A stretch of DNA of 64,000 nt from an uncultured delta proteobacterium. Lineage in GTDB: Bacteria > Myxococcota_A > Polyangia > Haliangiales > Haliangiaceae. Below the pieces are notes generated by a model. It was not told the origin of the DNA, made no database searches, and saw only the letters and a program-made list of their open reading frames with translations. The DNA lies in NCBI GenBank assembly GCA_963848295.1, contig CAWKDB010000002.1, positions 1,312,001-1,376,000 of the forward strand, given 5' to 3'. The translations under genes and the position numbers were made by a program. This document shows positions 21,109 to 30,918 of the stretch, in pieces. Every line of letters begins with the position of its first letter. Positions within the stretch are counted from its first letter, which is position 1.

Positions 21109-22992
21109 CTAGATATCGAGCCGCATCGCGACCAGCCCGAGGCTCTCCGCCGAGAACGTATCGCTGGCCGCGACCTGCTTGCCGACGGTCGACCGATCGA
21201 CGATGCGGAACCCGAACTTGACCGCGAAGAAGTCGCTCGCCGCTTCGGTCATGAGGTAGATCCGCCGCACGCCGCGCCACCTCGCTTGGCCGACCACGGT
21301 GTCGGCGAGCATCCAACCGTAACCGGAGCCACGAAATTCGGGATCGACCGCGAGCGCGCGCAGGATCGCGTCGTCGCCGTAGACCTCGAGCGCGACGCAG
21401 CCGACCACACCTTTTTCGTTGCGCAACACGAAGAACGAGGGGAACTCGTCATCGTCGGCGGACTCGGCGCTCAGGTCGGCTTCCGCGAGTACGTGGCGAA
21501 CGTCGGCCATGTCAGCGCGCTGCGCGGGTCGCATCGCATCGCCGATCGCGTCGAGCAGCTTGTCGTGCAAGCCGTCGAAGCTGCCGGACGACAGGACGAC
21601 GACGACATCGCCCGGCGCGGCGCTCTCGGCGAGGTGCTTGACGATCGCGGCGGTGTCGGGGACGTAGCTGGCCTGCGTGCCGGCGCGATGCAGATCGAGC
21701 GCGAGCTTCTCGGGGTCGAAGCGATCTTCGGGCGCGATCTTCGCCGGATCGAACATCTTGCCGACGACGACCTCGTCGGCCTGAGCGAACGCGGTCGCGA
21801 ACTCGTCCTGGAACGTCTTGCGGCGACTCGTCGCGGACCGCGGTTCGTAGATCGCGACGAGCCGGCGCTTCGGGAACCGCTGGCGCAGGGCCTTGAGCGT
21901 CTCGCGCACCGCGGTCGGGTGATGCGCGTAATCGTCGAGCACGATGACCCCGCCGGCGATGCCGCGCAGCTCTTGCCGCCGCCGCACCCCGGCGAAGCTC
22001 GACATCCCGCGTTGGATGTCGCGCGCCGATACGCCGCACGAATGGGCGACCGCGATCGCCGCGACGCAATTGCCAACGTTGTGGCGGCCGACGAGCAGCG
22101 ACTCGAAGTGCTCGAACTTCGGCGCGACGCCGGGCGAGGTCCCGCTCTCGACCCCCGGCGTGTAGAACACGTCGAAGCCGACGCGCCCCGACTTGCCGAC
22201 CACGAGGTTCTCCGCCCACCAGGTGACGCCCGGCGGTGGCGATGCATCGGCGTCCGCGCCGTCGAGCACGCAGTACTGCTCGACCTTGCCGGCGCACGCC
22301 GCGCTGAGCGCGACCGCGTCGGCCGAGTCGGCGAACACCACGAGCAAGCCGTCGCTCGGGATCTGCGCGACCAGCTTCTTGAACACGTCGCGCACCGCAT
22401 CGAACGACGGGAAGATGTCGACGTGATCGAGCTCGATGCTCGTCAAGATCGCGGTGTGCGGTTTGTAGTGCGCGAACTTCGGACCCTTGTCGAAGAACGC
22501 CGTGTCATATTCGTCGCCTTCGATCACGAACTCGCGACCGTGACCGAGGCGATAGCCCTGGCCGAGCGCGACCGGCACGCCGCCGACGAACAGCGACGGA
22601 TCGCGTCCGGCTTCGAGCAGGATATGCGCGAGCAGCGACGTCGTGGTCGTCTTGCCGTGCGTGCCCGCGACGACGATCGACGTGCGGTCGCCGAGCAGCT
22701 TTTCGCCGATCACCGCTGGAAACGAGGTCAACGGGATGCCGCGGGCCTGCGCCGCGACCACCTCGACATGATCCTTGCCGTGGACATTGCCGACGACGAC
22801 GAGCTCTGGCGCCCAATCGAGGTTGTGCTCGCCGTAGGGCATCATCACCGGCACGCCGAGCGCGGCGAGTTGCTCGCTCATCGGCGGATAGATCGCGGCG
22901 TCGGAGCCCCGCACCTCGTGACCGGCGGCGACGAGGAGGCCCGCTACAGCACCCATACCGGTGCCGCCGATGCCGATGAGGTGGACCTTCAC
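21109..22992 (-). CDS. mpl: murein peptide ligase Mpl/MurC-like protein fused to a C-terminal GNAT acetyltransferase
   Basis: HLIGIGGTGMG, VAGTHGKTTT, EGDEYDTAFFDK, DDYAHHPT, EPRSAT; C-terminal ILRALAVDPEFRGSGYG GNAT motif A. Confidence 0.88.
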   Translation of the reverse strand: MKVHLIGIGGTGMGAVAGLLVAAGHEVRGSDAAIYPPMSEQLAALGVPVMMPYGEHNLDWAPELVVVGNVHGKDHVEVVAAQARGIPLTSFPAVIGEKLLGDRTSIVVAGTHGKTTTTSLLAHILLEAGRDPSLFVGGVPVALGQGYRLGHGREFVIEGDEYDTAFFDKGPKFAHYKPHTAILTSIELDHVDIFPSFDAVRDVFKKLVAQIPSDGLLVVFADSADAVALSAACAGKVEQYCVLDGADADASPPPGVTWWAENLVVGKSGRVGFDVFYTPGVESGTSPGVAPKFEHFESLLVGRHNVGNCVAAIAVAHSCGVSARDIQRGMSSFAGVRRRQELRGIAGGVIVLDDYAHHPTAVRETLKALRQRFPKRRLVAIYEPRSATSRRKTFQDEFATAFAQADEVVVGKMFDPAKIAPEDRFDPEKLALDLHRAGTQASYVPDTAAIVKHLAESAAPGDVVVVLSSGSFDGLHDKLLDAIGDAMRPAQRADMADVRHVLAEADLSAESADDDEFPSFFVLRNEKGVVGCVALEVYGDDAILRALAVDPEFRGSGYGWMLADTVVGQARWRGVRRIYLMTEAASDFFAVKFGFRIVDRSTVGKQVAASDTFSAESLGLVAMRLDI

Positions 22993-23067
22993 GACCGCGG
23001 CGCAACCTACCCGCGGGTCTTCCCCGGGTAAAGCGCTGTCACCCCGATTCGGCTATGCTCGATCTGC

Positions 23068-23427
23068 GTGAACGAACGGCCTCGTCATGAGCGACGGCAC
23101 TACTTCCGCGGCAACTTGCGCCCGGGCCGCGTGCTCGCCGTTCGGTTCCGCATGGGCAGCGAAGCCGCGTGGGTCACCGCCGAGACGCGCAACATCGGCG
23201 TCGGTGGCGCGTACATCGCGACGTCGCAAGCGCAAGCCGTCGGCACGCCGGTGATCGTCGAGCTCGCGCTGCCGACGTCGTCGCAGGTGTTCGCGCTGCC
23301 CGCGATCGTGCGGTGGGCGAGTCACGGCGAAGGCGGTGGCATGGGCGTGCAGTTCGTCGGCGTCGACGTCGACGTGCTGCTCGAGCTCAACGACTATTTC
23401 TCGTCGCTGACCGCGGTCCGGCCCTAG
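23068..23427 (+). CDS. PilZ domain protein
   Basis: ERRHYFR (RxxxR) and NIGVGG motifs, GMGVQF. Confidence 0.85.
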   Translation: MNERPRHERRHYFRGNLRPGRVLAVRFRMGSEAAWVTAETRNIGVGGAYIATSQAQAVGTPVIVELALPTSSQVFALPAIVRWASHGEGGGMGVQFVGVDVDVLLELNDYFSSLTAVRP

Positions 23428-23430
23428 GGA

Positions 23431-24387
23431 CTACCGCAGCACGATCGGATAGTTCACGGTCTGCTGCGTCTGCGCCGTGCGCGGGAACTTGAGCGAGCTC
23501 ACCGCTTTCTCGAGGCACTCGCCGGTCGGTGTTCCCGCGAAGTCACCGGTCTGGTGAACCTCGACGACGTCGCCGTTGCCGTTGACCGTCAACTTCAGCC
23601 GCGCGGTGCCCGCGACGTGAAAGTGGTCGAAGCAAATGTGCGAGACGCTGACGCCGGGCTTCATCGCCTCGCGGATCGCGTCGGTCGAGAGCTCGTCCGG
23701 CACGTGCTCTTCGGGCGGCGGCGGCTCGGCGTGCTTGCTACACGTGGCCTTGTCGGCCGGCGCGGGCCCGGACCGCGGGCTCGAGATCACGATCGCGCCG
23801 TCGCACGGCTGGAACACGCGGTACCCGACGATGTCGAGCATCACGCCTTGCTTGCCGTCGGCTTGCCATACGGGATGGGCGGGGATGCGGACGACCAGCT
23901 CGACCTTGACCCGTGCGACCGCTGCGGCCCAGGCCCTCGCGCCGGCCTCGTCGGCGAAGCCGCGGGCGTTGTCGTAGAGCGCGGCGATGACCGGGCCATC
24001 GCCCCGAGGCGGCGCGCCCGAGCCCGTGACGAGCCAGGTCCGGCCGTCGACCGCGATCCCCGCGCAGCGAATGCACGCGCGCAACGCGACCGCGACCGCC
24101 TTCTTGCCCCGATCGTATTTGCCGACCGAGAACGCGTCGGCATCGCCGTCGATCACGAGCAACTTGCCGGCGAGCTCCGCGGCGCGCGCGTCGCGAACGC
24201 GCCGACACTGGCGCTTTGCCGTGTCGTCGCCCTTGTCGCAGCTCGTGGTCAGCGCCCACACGACGCCATCGAGGTGAGTGATCCGCTGTGCGGTCGCGGC
24301 GAGGGCCGCGAACGCGTCGGCGCCATCGTCGGCGCGAGTCGGCGCGGCGAGCGCGAGCACGATCGCGACTGCGAGCGCCGGCTTCAT
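23431..24387 (-). CDS. secreted protein with AgmX/PglI-like (TonB-C-like) C-terminal domain
   Basis: Signal peptide MKPALAVAIVLALAAPTRA; C-terminal LTVNGNGDV...GECLEKAVSSLKFP...VNYPI. Confidence 0.65.
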   Translation of the reverse strand: MKPALAVAIVLALAAPTRADDGADAFAALAATAQRITHLDGVVWALTTSCDKGDDTAKRQCRRVRDARAAELAGKLLVIDGDADAFSVGKYDRGKKAVAVALRACIRCAGIAVDGRTWLVTGSGAPPRGDGPVIAALYDNARGFADEAGARAWAAAVARVKVELVVRIPAHPVWQADGKQGVMLDIVGYRVFQPCDGAIVISSPRSGPAPADKATCSKHAEPPPPEEHVPDELSTDAIREAMKPGVSVSHICFDHFHVAGTARLKLTVNGNGDVVEVHQTGDFAGTPTGECLEKAVSSLKFPRTAQTQQTVNYPIVLR

Positions 24388-24922
24388 CCCTTGAGCTTGT
24401 GCGTCAGGTAGGCCTTGAGTCGCAGCTCGGCATCGACCGGATCGCTGATCACGATCGGCACGGTCTTCTTGATCTCGTCGTCGAGCTCGCCATACAGCGC
24501 CTTGCGCAGCGCCGGATCGTCGGCGGCTGCTGCGGCGTGCGACCGCGCACGGCGACATCCTCGAGCTTGGCGCAGTACGCCTTCAGCTTGTCGTAGGTCG
24601 GTCCGCCGAGGAACGCCGAGATCTTGTCGGCTTCGTTCGCCATGCGATCGAGCGCGACCTCGGCTGCGGTCGGCAATGCGCCACGGTCGAGGTTCTGCGC
24701 GAGCTGCGAGCAGACGCGCAGCACCATGACGTCGTCGATCACGCCGATGCCTTCGTTCCAATCGGGAATCAGATCCATCTTGGACACGAGATACGACAAC
24801 GAGCCGCCTGCCAGCTTGCGCGCTTGGGCGTCCGCCTTGGTCGATTCGAGTAGCGCTTTGAGCGCGTCGACGTCTTGGCGAATCGTCTCGGCCCAACTCT
24901 TGAAGACGTCGATGTGTGCCAT
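24384..24922 (-). CDS. YkvA/DUF1232 family protein, frameshifted near 24525
   Basis: YLVSKMDLIPDW..GIGVIDD motif; the reading continues in another frame as DDPALRKALYGELDD...LKG, whose stop overlaps the next ATG. Confidence 0.75.
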
Positions 24923-24991
24923 TGCACGGACGGTACCCGCGGGGCGCTCGGCGGCGCAAGGCGATCAGAGGTTGTGTACGATAGCCCGAGC

Positions 24992-25291
24992 ATGAGGACC
25001 CTCATCTGGCTCGTTGCCTCGCCCTGGCTGTTCGCCCTCGCCGGCTGTGACGGCAGCACTCCCCCCGCGGCGGACGCCGACCATCACTGCACCGGGGTCA
25101 TTTACGACCACTGCATCACCGAGCACGACTGCATGAACATGGAGTGCATGCCGTACGAGGCGTTCTCGGCGTGCACCCAGCAATGCACGGTCGGCGACGA
25201 CACGACGTGCCCGCTGCAGGGCACGACCGCCGTGACGTGCGGCGCGAGCGGCTTCTGCGCCCCGGCGGCGCCGAACGACTGCACCCTGTAA
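24992..25291 (+). CDS. small Cys-rich lipoprotein
   Basis: LAGC lipobox; 10 further cysteines in about 65 aa. Confidence 0.75.
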   Translation: MRTLIWLVASPWLFALAGCDGSTPPAADADHHCTGVIYDHCITEHDCMNMECMPYEAFSACTQQCTVGDDTTCPLQGTTAVTCGASGFCAPAAPNDCTL

Positions 25292-25295
25292 GCGG

Positions 25296-27086
25296 CTACC
25301 TCATCAAGTTCTGGATCAGCTTGGTCGGCTGGTCCGCGATGACCTGGACCCGGACGGTCTTCTTGATGCCGGCGGCGGCGTTGATCAGCGTGATCCGGTG
25401 CGCACCCGAGGCGAGGGGGATCGAGCGCTGCGGGGTCTGAAGGCCGGTGTCCCTGCCGTCGATGACGATCGAGCACGGCGGCTTGGTGGACACCATCAAG
25501 ACGCCGTTGCCGGCGGCGGCGACGCGAGTAGCAGCCGCTCTGTGCTCGGCCTTCGGGGCCGACGCGACGCGAGCCTCGTGACGCACCGCGGGAGCCGGAG
25601 CCATCGCGACGCGAGCCGTGTGATGCGCGGGCGCCGGAGCGACCGCGACGTGCGCCGGCGTGGTCGACACCTCGTGCTTGTCGAGAGCGACTTCGATCCG
25701 GGTCGCCTTCGTCGGGTCGACGTGTGCCATCTGCGTGGGATGGCCCTCGAGCGTGAAGATCACGTCGTAGGAGCGGCTCGAATCGAGCGCCGCGGCGACC
25801 GGGGTCGTGCCGAGGAACGACGTCTTGCCGTTATCGACGAGCATGACCGTGGCACCGGGCGGCTTCGAGTCGAGCCGAATGTCGGCGAGCTTGGTTCCAG
25901 GCTCGCCGGCCGGCGTTGGCTGTGCGGCGACCGGCGTTGGCTGCGCGGCGACCGGCTGCGCGGCGACCGGCGGCGCGGCCTTTGGCTGAACCGCGGCCGG
26001 CTGCGCGGCGACCGCCTCGGGCGGTGCGGCCACGGGCTGCTGCGTGGCGACCGCCGGCTGCACGACCGCTGGGGTCGGAGCGGGAGCGGGCTCGTCGACC
26101 TTCGCGACCGCGGCGGTCGCGGCCGGCTGCTTGTTGCCACCATCCCCTCTGAAGGCGAAGTAGCCGGCGACCGAGATCCCTGCGAGCGCCACGATCGCCG
26201 CGGGCGCGATCAGCTTCTTGAGCGTCTTGGCGCTGTCGTGGTGACGATGGACCGCCAACGTGCCGGCGCCCCACGTCTCGTCGACCTTTTCGACCATGCG
26301 GCTAGGCTCGAACCACGCATCCGCCGAGATGCTGTCGCCGGGCGCGTCGACCTGGGGACGCTGGGCGGGGATGATCGGCGCCGACGGGCGAAGAAACGGC
26401 GGCGGCTGCGGCATCATCTGCTGCGGCGGCATCGGCGGCGGTGGCATCGGCACGATCTGATGTTGCTGCGGTGGCTGCGGCATCAGTTGCTGCGCCGGCA
26501 TCGCGATCGATTGCAGGGGCAGCGGCAGCGGATGGGGTAGCGGCTGGGTCACCGAGATCGGCTGCGACGGCTGCGCGACCTGCTGAGCGAACGGCGGCGG
26601 CTCGACCGCCGGAGTCTGCGGGCGCGAATCGAAGGGCGCGGCGACCGGCATCGACGCCGGAGCATCGGTCCGGCTGACCGGCGGCGGGAGCGATGGCTTC
26701 GAGATCCGTTGCGGCGCCGGCGTCCCATTGGCGGCGCGCTGCGGTTGCGGCGGGGGCGGCATCCGCATCGTGTGGTTCGGCAGCGGCGGAATCGTCCCGC
26801 CTCGCGCCGCCGGCGCGGTCGCCATCCGAACGTGGGGCAGCGGAGGCGGAGAGGCCTGGGGCACCGGCGGCAGGTTCGTCTGAGTCCCGCTCGGCGCACG
26901 CGTGCGAGGCAGCGGAGGCACTTCGCCTCCAGCGCGCATCGCCGGCATCTGCGCGGACATCCGCGGCGCGCTCGGGCGCCCGGGCGGAGCCGAGAACAGG
27001 CCATCGGATGGATCTCTCGGCATCGGCTTCTGGTCACGCACGAGGCCGATCAATTCATTGACTGCAGTCGATTCGGTTTTCGCCAT
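25296..27086 (-). CDS. Pro-rich bitopic membrane protein with two PEGA domains
   Basis: Long Pro/Gln-rich N-terminus, one TM segment, LDSKPPGATV..FLGTTP and STKPPCSIVIDG..QTP PEGA repeats. Confidence 0.8.
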   Translation of the reverse strand: MAKTESTAVNELIGLVRDQKPMPRDPSDGLFSAPPGRPSAPRMSAQMPAMRAGGEVPPLPRTRAPSGTQTNLPPVPQASPPPLPHVRMATAPAARGGTIPPLPNHTMRMPPPPQPQRAANGTPAPQRISKPSLPPPVSRTDAPASMPVAAPFDSRPQTPAVEPPPFAQQVAQPSQPISVTQPLPHPLPLPLQSIAMPAQQLMPQPPQQHQIVPMPPPPMPPQQMMPQPPPFLRPSAPIIPAQRPQVDAPGDSISADAWFEPSRMVEKVDETWGAGTLAVHRHHDSAKTLKKLIAPAAIVALAGISVAGYFAFRGDGGNKQPAATAAVAKVDEPAPAPTPAVVQPAVATQQPVAAPPEAVAAQPAAVQPKAAPPVAAQPVAAQPTPVAAQPTPAGEPGTKLADIRLDSKPPGATVMLVDNGKTSFLGTTPVAAALDSSRSYDVIFTLEGHPTQMAHVDPTKATRIEVALDKHEVSTTPAHVAVAPAPAHHTARVAMAPAPAVRHEARVASAPKAEHRAAATRVAAAGNGVLMVSTKPPCSIVIDGRDTGLQTPQRSIPLASGAHRITLINAAAGIKKTVRVQVIADQPTKLIQNLMR

Positions 27087-27359
27087 GGTTGAGCTCCGAA
27101 GCTGACGCGCAGGATTGCGTCCGGGCTGCGTGATGTAAAGCGAAAACCGTCGACGGCACACGCGTGTTCGATCGCGGCGTTGCGCGAATTACCAAACGAT
27201 CAGCGAGCGTGGTGATCTCGCGCGATCGATGCGCGAAAACGAGAGACGAACGCCGCACTCGTGACAGCGGAAGTGATGCCCGCGCCCCGGATCGCAGGGC
27301 GACAACGTGCCGGCGCCGGCCGGCGCCGGACGGGAGTGGACGCGTGGGGCAGATCGGGC

Positions 27360-27436
27360 AATTGATCAACCAAGAACAGGCAACAGGCAACGGGCAACGC
27401 CGGATCCGCCAATCGCCTGTTGCCTGTTGATCAATT
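27360..27436. repeat. nested inverted repeat built from AACAGGC heptamers
   Basis: AACAGGCAACAGGC (27375-27388)/GCCTGTTGCCTGTT (27415-27428) is perfect; outer pair AATTGATCAAC/GTTGATCAATT. Confidence 0.8.
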
Positions 27437-27463
27437 TATCCAGGATAAGTCGTTGAAATTTCA

Positions 27464-27500
27464 TTGACACCGTAGTGACCATACATCTATGGTATGGTCA
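27464..27500 (+). promoter_or_regulatory. sigma70 promoter (TTGACA-N18-TATGGT) with overlapping perfect inverted repeat TGACCATAC-N7-GTATGGTCA
   Basis: Read directly upstream of ATG 27504. Confidence 0.7.
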
Positions 27501-27503
27501 TCG

Positions 27504-28937
27504 ATGTCGTTTGGTGACCTGCGGAGGTTAGCCAACTGGTTCGCGGCCCAGCCGCGAGTCGCGGTCCCGATCGATCGGCTCGTCGAGAGGCTCGGTGGCA
27601 CCGCGGTGCCTTTGCTCGGACGCGAGCTATGCGGACGTGAACCGCGGCGACGCGCAGCCGCGCGCGATGCGCTCTGCAAGCTCGCCGGGAGTGGTGCGAG
27701 CGCGCTGCGTCCGCGGGTGATCGCGGAGCTGCGAGCGATCGTGCAGAGCAGCGGCGACGACGACGCCAAGCTCGCGGCGGCGTGCTTACTCGCCGAGCTC
27801 GGCGAACGCACCGCTGCTCGCTTGCGCGATCCCGATGCGATCAAGCGCCGCTCCGCCGCCGCGCTCGCGCTCGAGCTCGATAGCGCGGCTGACGTCGCCG
27901 CGGCAGCCGAGCTGATCGTCCGCCAACTCGGCCCGAACGAGATCGTGTGCATGCTCGAGGCGCTCGCGACCGCGAATCCGTCGGCGGCCGATCGGCTCGC
28001 GACCGAGCTCCGCGGCCGACTCGATCTCGCGATCGAGATCCGCGATCAGCTCGGCGAGCTGGTCGCGAGTAGACCATTCGATGGAACCGTCGACGGTGCG
28101 AGCGGCGTACGCGCCCCACGCCGGATCGGACGCACCGCGCAGGTCGCGGTCCTCGTCGACGCCGCCGCTCGGCTCGTCGTGATCGCCGCGCGCAAGGTGT
28201 CGGGCGAGCGGCGCTGGCGGCGCTGGGCCGTGCTGATCGGCGCGCACGGTCGGATCGAGGACTGCATCCACGACGATCACGCCGGCACCGACGGTGACAG
28301 CGCGCCGCTGATCGCGAGCCTGTGCGCCGATGGCTACCGCGTCGCGAGCACCGACGTGGATCACGCGCGCGGACTCGTGGCGGCGGCCGCGCGACAATCG
28401 AGCGAGATGCCGGACCAGCTGACGTCGTCGTACTATCTCGGCCGCGACCTGCTCGAGCTCGGCGACGCGCACGTCGGCCGCGCGCATCGCGTCCACCCCG
28501 CGATCGGTCGCGCGACGGAGCTGCTTGCCGACGGCGAACGCGCTCGCGCAGTCGACCTGCTGCGGCGCTGTGACCCGAGCTCGCCCGATGTCGCGGCCGC
28601 GCACGCCGCGTGTCTGCTCGCCGACCACCGCGCCGCCGAGGCCGTCCCGTTGCTCGAGCGCGCGCTCGACGTCGAGCCCCATTGGCCGTTGCATCACTGG
28701 AACCTCGCGACCGCGCTGCACGAGCTCGGCGATACCGCCGGCTGCCACCGCGCCCTCGCCCGGTTCGTCGCGACCAGCGCGACGCCGACCGGCTTGTACG
28801 GCGATCCCGACCAGCCCGCACGCGTCGCACTCGCCGAGCGGCTGCTCGCCGAGCTCGAGCGCACCGCGCGGCTCACCGGCCAGAAGCTCGCGCGTCCGCG
28901 CAACAAGCGGTCGCGCGACAAGCCGCGAGCGAGCTGA
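27504..28937 (+). CDS. hypothetical HEAT/TPR-repeat protein
   Basis: Helical repeats; C-terminal TPR-like AEAVPLLERALDVEPHWPLHHWNLATAL. Confidence 0.65.
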   Translation: MSFGDLRRLANWFAAQPRVAVPIDRLVERLGGTAVPLLGRELCGREPRRRAAARDALCKLAGSGASALRPRVIAELRAIVQSSGDDDAKLAAACLLAELGERTAARLRDPDAIKRRSAAALALELDSAADVAAAAELIVRQLGPNEIVCMLEALATANPSAADRLATELRGRLDLAIEIRDQLGELVASRPFDGTVDGASGVRAPRRIGRTAQVAVLVDAAARLVVIAARKVSGERRWRRWAVLIGAHGRIEDCIHDDHAGTDGDSAPLIASLCADGYRVASTDVDHARGLVAAAARQSSEMPDQLTSSYYLGRDLLELGDAHVGRAHRVHPAIGRATELLADGERARAVDLLRRCDPSSPDVAAAHAACLLADHRAAEAVPLLERALDVEPHWPLHHWNLATALHELGDTAGCHRALARFVATSATPTGLYGDPDQPARVALAERLLAELERTARLTGQKLARPRNKRSRDKPRAS

Positions 28938-28946
28938 CCGTACTGG

Positions 28947-30642
28947 CTACTTCGTAGCCGCGGCGCCGGTCGGCGGCTTGGCGGCGGCGTTCGGCGCCGG
29001 TGCCAGCTTCTTCGCCGAGAGCGAGTACGTCATCGTGATCCTCGTCACACCCTTGAGCGGATGCTTCGGCAGCTTCCAGGTCTTCGCGAAGTCGGCGATG
29101 CAACCCGCGACCGCCGCGAGGTCCGCCATCCCCGCTTTGGGCTCGGTGGTCACGCCTCGCATCACGCCGGTCTCGTCCGATTCGAGCTTCAACACGACGT
29201 TGCCGCCGAGCTTCGGATTGCCCGAAGCGAACTGCTCGTAGCACGCCAGCGCTTCCTGGCTGTGGCGACCGAGCAGCGCGCCGATCGCGGCTTTGTCGTG
29301 CGCACCGACGTCATGCTTCATGCCCTTGAGCGTCGCCTCGAGGATCGTGAGGTTCTTGCCGGCTTCGGCGCGCATCTCGTTGTTGCTGACGAGCAGCGGT
29401 AGCGTCGCCGAGTACAGGTCGTGCGCTGGATCGTAGTAGCGATAGTCGTTCGCGGTCGCGTACAGGATGTGGAACAGCTTGCCCATGATGAACGTGTTCT
29501 CGACGACGTTCTCGATATCCTTGCTGCTGCACTTCGTGCCGCACGCCGGCATCGCCGCGAGCGCTTCTTTCGCGTGCTTCGCGGCGAGGGCGGGATCGTC
29601 GAGCCGCACCAGGTAGTCGGCCTCCTGATAGCGCAGGTAGACGAGATCGTCGGCCGGCACCTTCGGGCCGAGCACCGCGATCGCCCGATCGATCGCAGCG
29701 ACCGCGTCGGCCCAGCGGCCGGCGTACTGGTACGACTGCTGGCCGAGCTTCGCGAGGATCGCGTACTGCTGCTGCGGGCTGTTGCCGAACATCTCCTCGA
29801 GCTTCGGCATCGCGGTCGCCATCGGCACGTGCGTCCGGCCGGCGAACATGATCAGCGTCTCGCGATCGAGGATCTCGCGACCGGCCATGTTCTTCCAGCC
29901 TTGCTCGGCGAGCACGATCGCATCCCACGCGCCCGGGCCATCGTTCGAACGGAACTTCGCCCATGCGGTGACGTAGGCGAGCTCGGGTGTCGTCGCGGTC
30001 GCGGGCTGCGCGTTGACCGCGGCCAGCGCTTCGGCGGTCTTGTCCTGCTCGAGCAGCGAGAACGCCCACCACGCGCGGTTGACCGCGATGTTCGGATCTT
30101 TCGGCGCCTTCGCGACGAGCTCGCCCCACGCCTTCTCGGCCGCGGCGAAGTCGGGCTTGTGAGTCTCCGGATCGGTGACCATCAGCTCGTAGCTGCCGAG
30201 CAGCCGCAGCGTGACCACGTCGGCCTTGGCGCCGGCGCTCTGCGCGGCGTCACGCAGGACCTGACGCGCTTCGACGAGCGACTTCTGCTGGTCATCGCCG
30301 GTCTGGGTCTTCGACTGCTGATAGAGCAGCGTCGCGAGCACGCCGGCCTGCGCTTCCTTCTCGACCTGATCCCTCGTGTGGGCGAGTACCAGCCGCTGCT
30401 TGGCCACGGTGACGCCGCGCGCCCTCGAGTTGACCAGCGGCACGCCCGGGCGGCCGAGGGCCTCGGGCTCGAGGATGATGCCCTTGAGCTCGAATCGGTG
30501 GAATCTCGAACGACACGTCGCCGCGCGTGGCCGACTTCGCTCCGCCGCTGCCGCTGCCCGCCCCGCTTGGAGTCTTCGAGCCTTCGGTCGGTCCGCCGCA
30601 AGCGATGACCGCAACCAACGCGAGCGCGATGGAGATACGCAT
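28947..30642 (-). CDS. TPR lipoprotein with AgmX/PglI-like C-terminal domain, frameshifted near 30495
   Basis: N-terminus MRISIALALVAVIACGG (ORF 30292..30642) joins ELKGIILEPEAL... of ORF 28947..30614; C-terminal ACYEQ..NPKLGGNV...GCIADFAKTWKLP. Confidence 0.7.
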
Positions 30643-30708
30643 CAGGGAGGTTTACACCCCATCGGCGCGCGCTCGTCAATCGTGAGTGCGTGATATGGTC
30701 GCGCCCCC

Positions 30709-30918
30709 GTGCGGTTGACGTTACTTCTGGCGGCCCTTACCGCTTTCACCCCGGCCTGCGTCCGCGTCCACCCCTACCAGCGCGAGAACCTCGCCAAGCG
30801 GTCGATGACCAACGATCGCGCCCCCGGCGAGATCCGGTTCAAGGCACACGAACGCGGCGCACGCGAAGGCGCCGAGGGTGGAACCGGGCAGCCGGGTGGC
30901 GGATGCGGCTGCAACTGA
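30709..30918 (+). CDS. DUF4266 family small lipoprotein
   Basis: ACVRVHPYQRENLAK...REGAEGG..GGGCGCN signature. Confidence 0.9.
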   Translation: MRLTLLLAALTAFTPACVRVHPYQRENLAKRSMTNDRAPGEIRFKAHERGAREGAEGGTGQPGGGCGCN

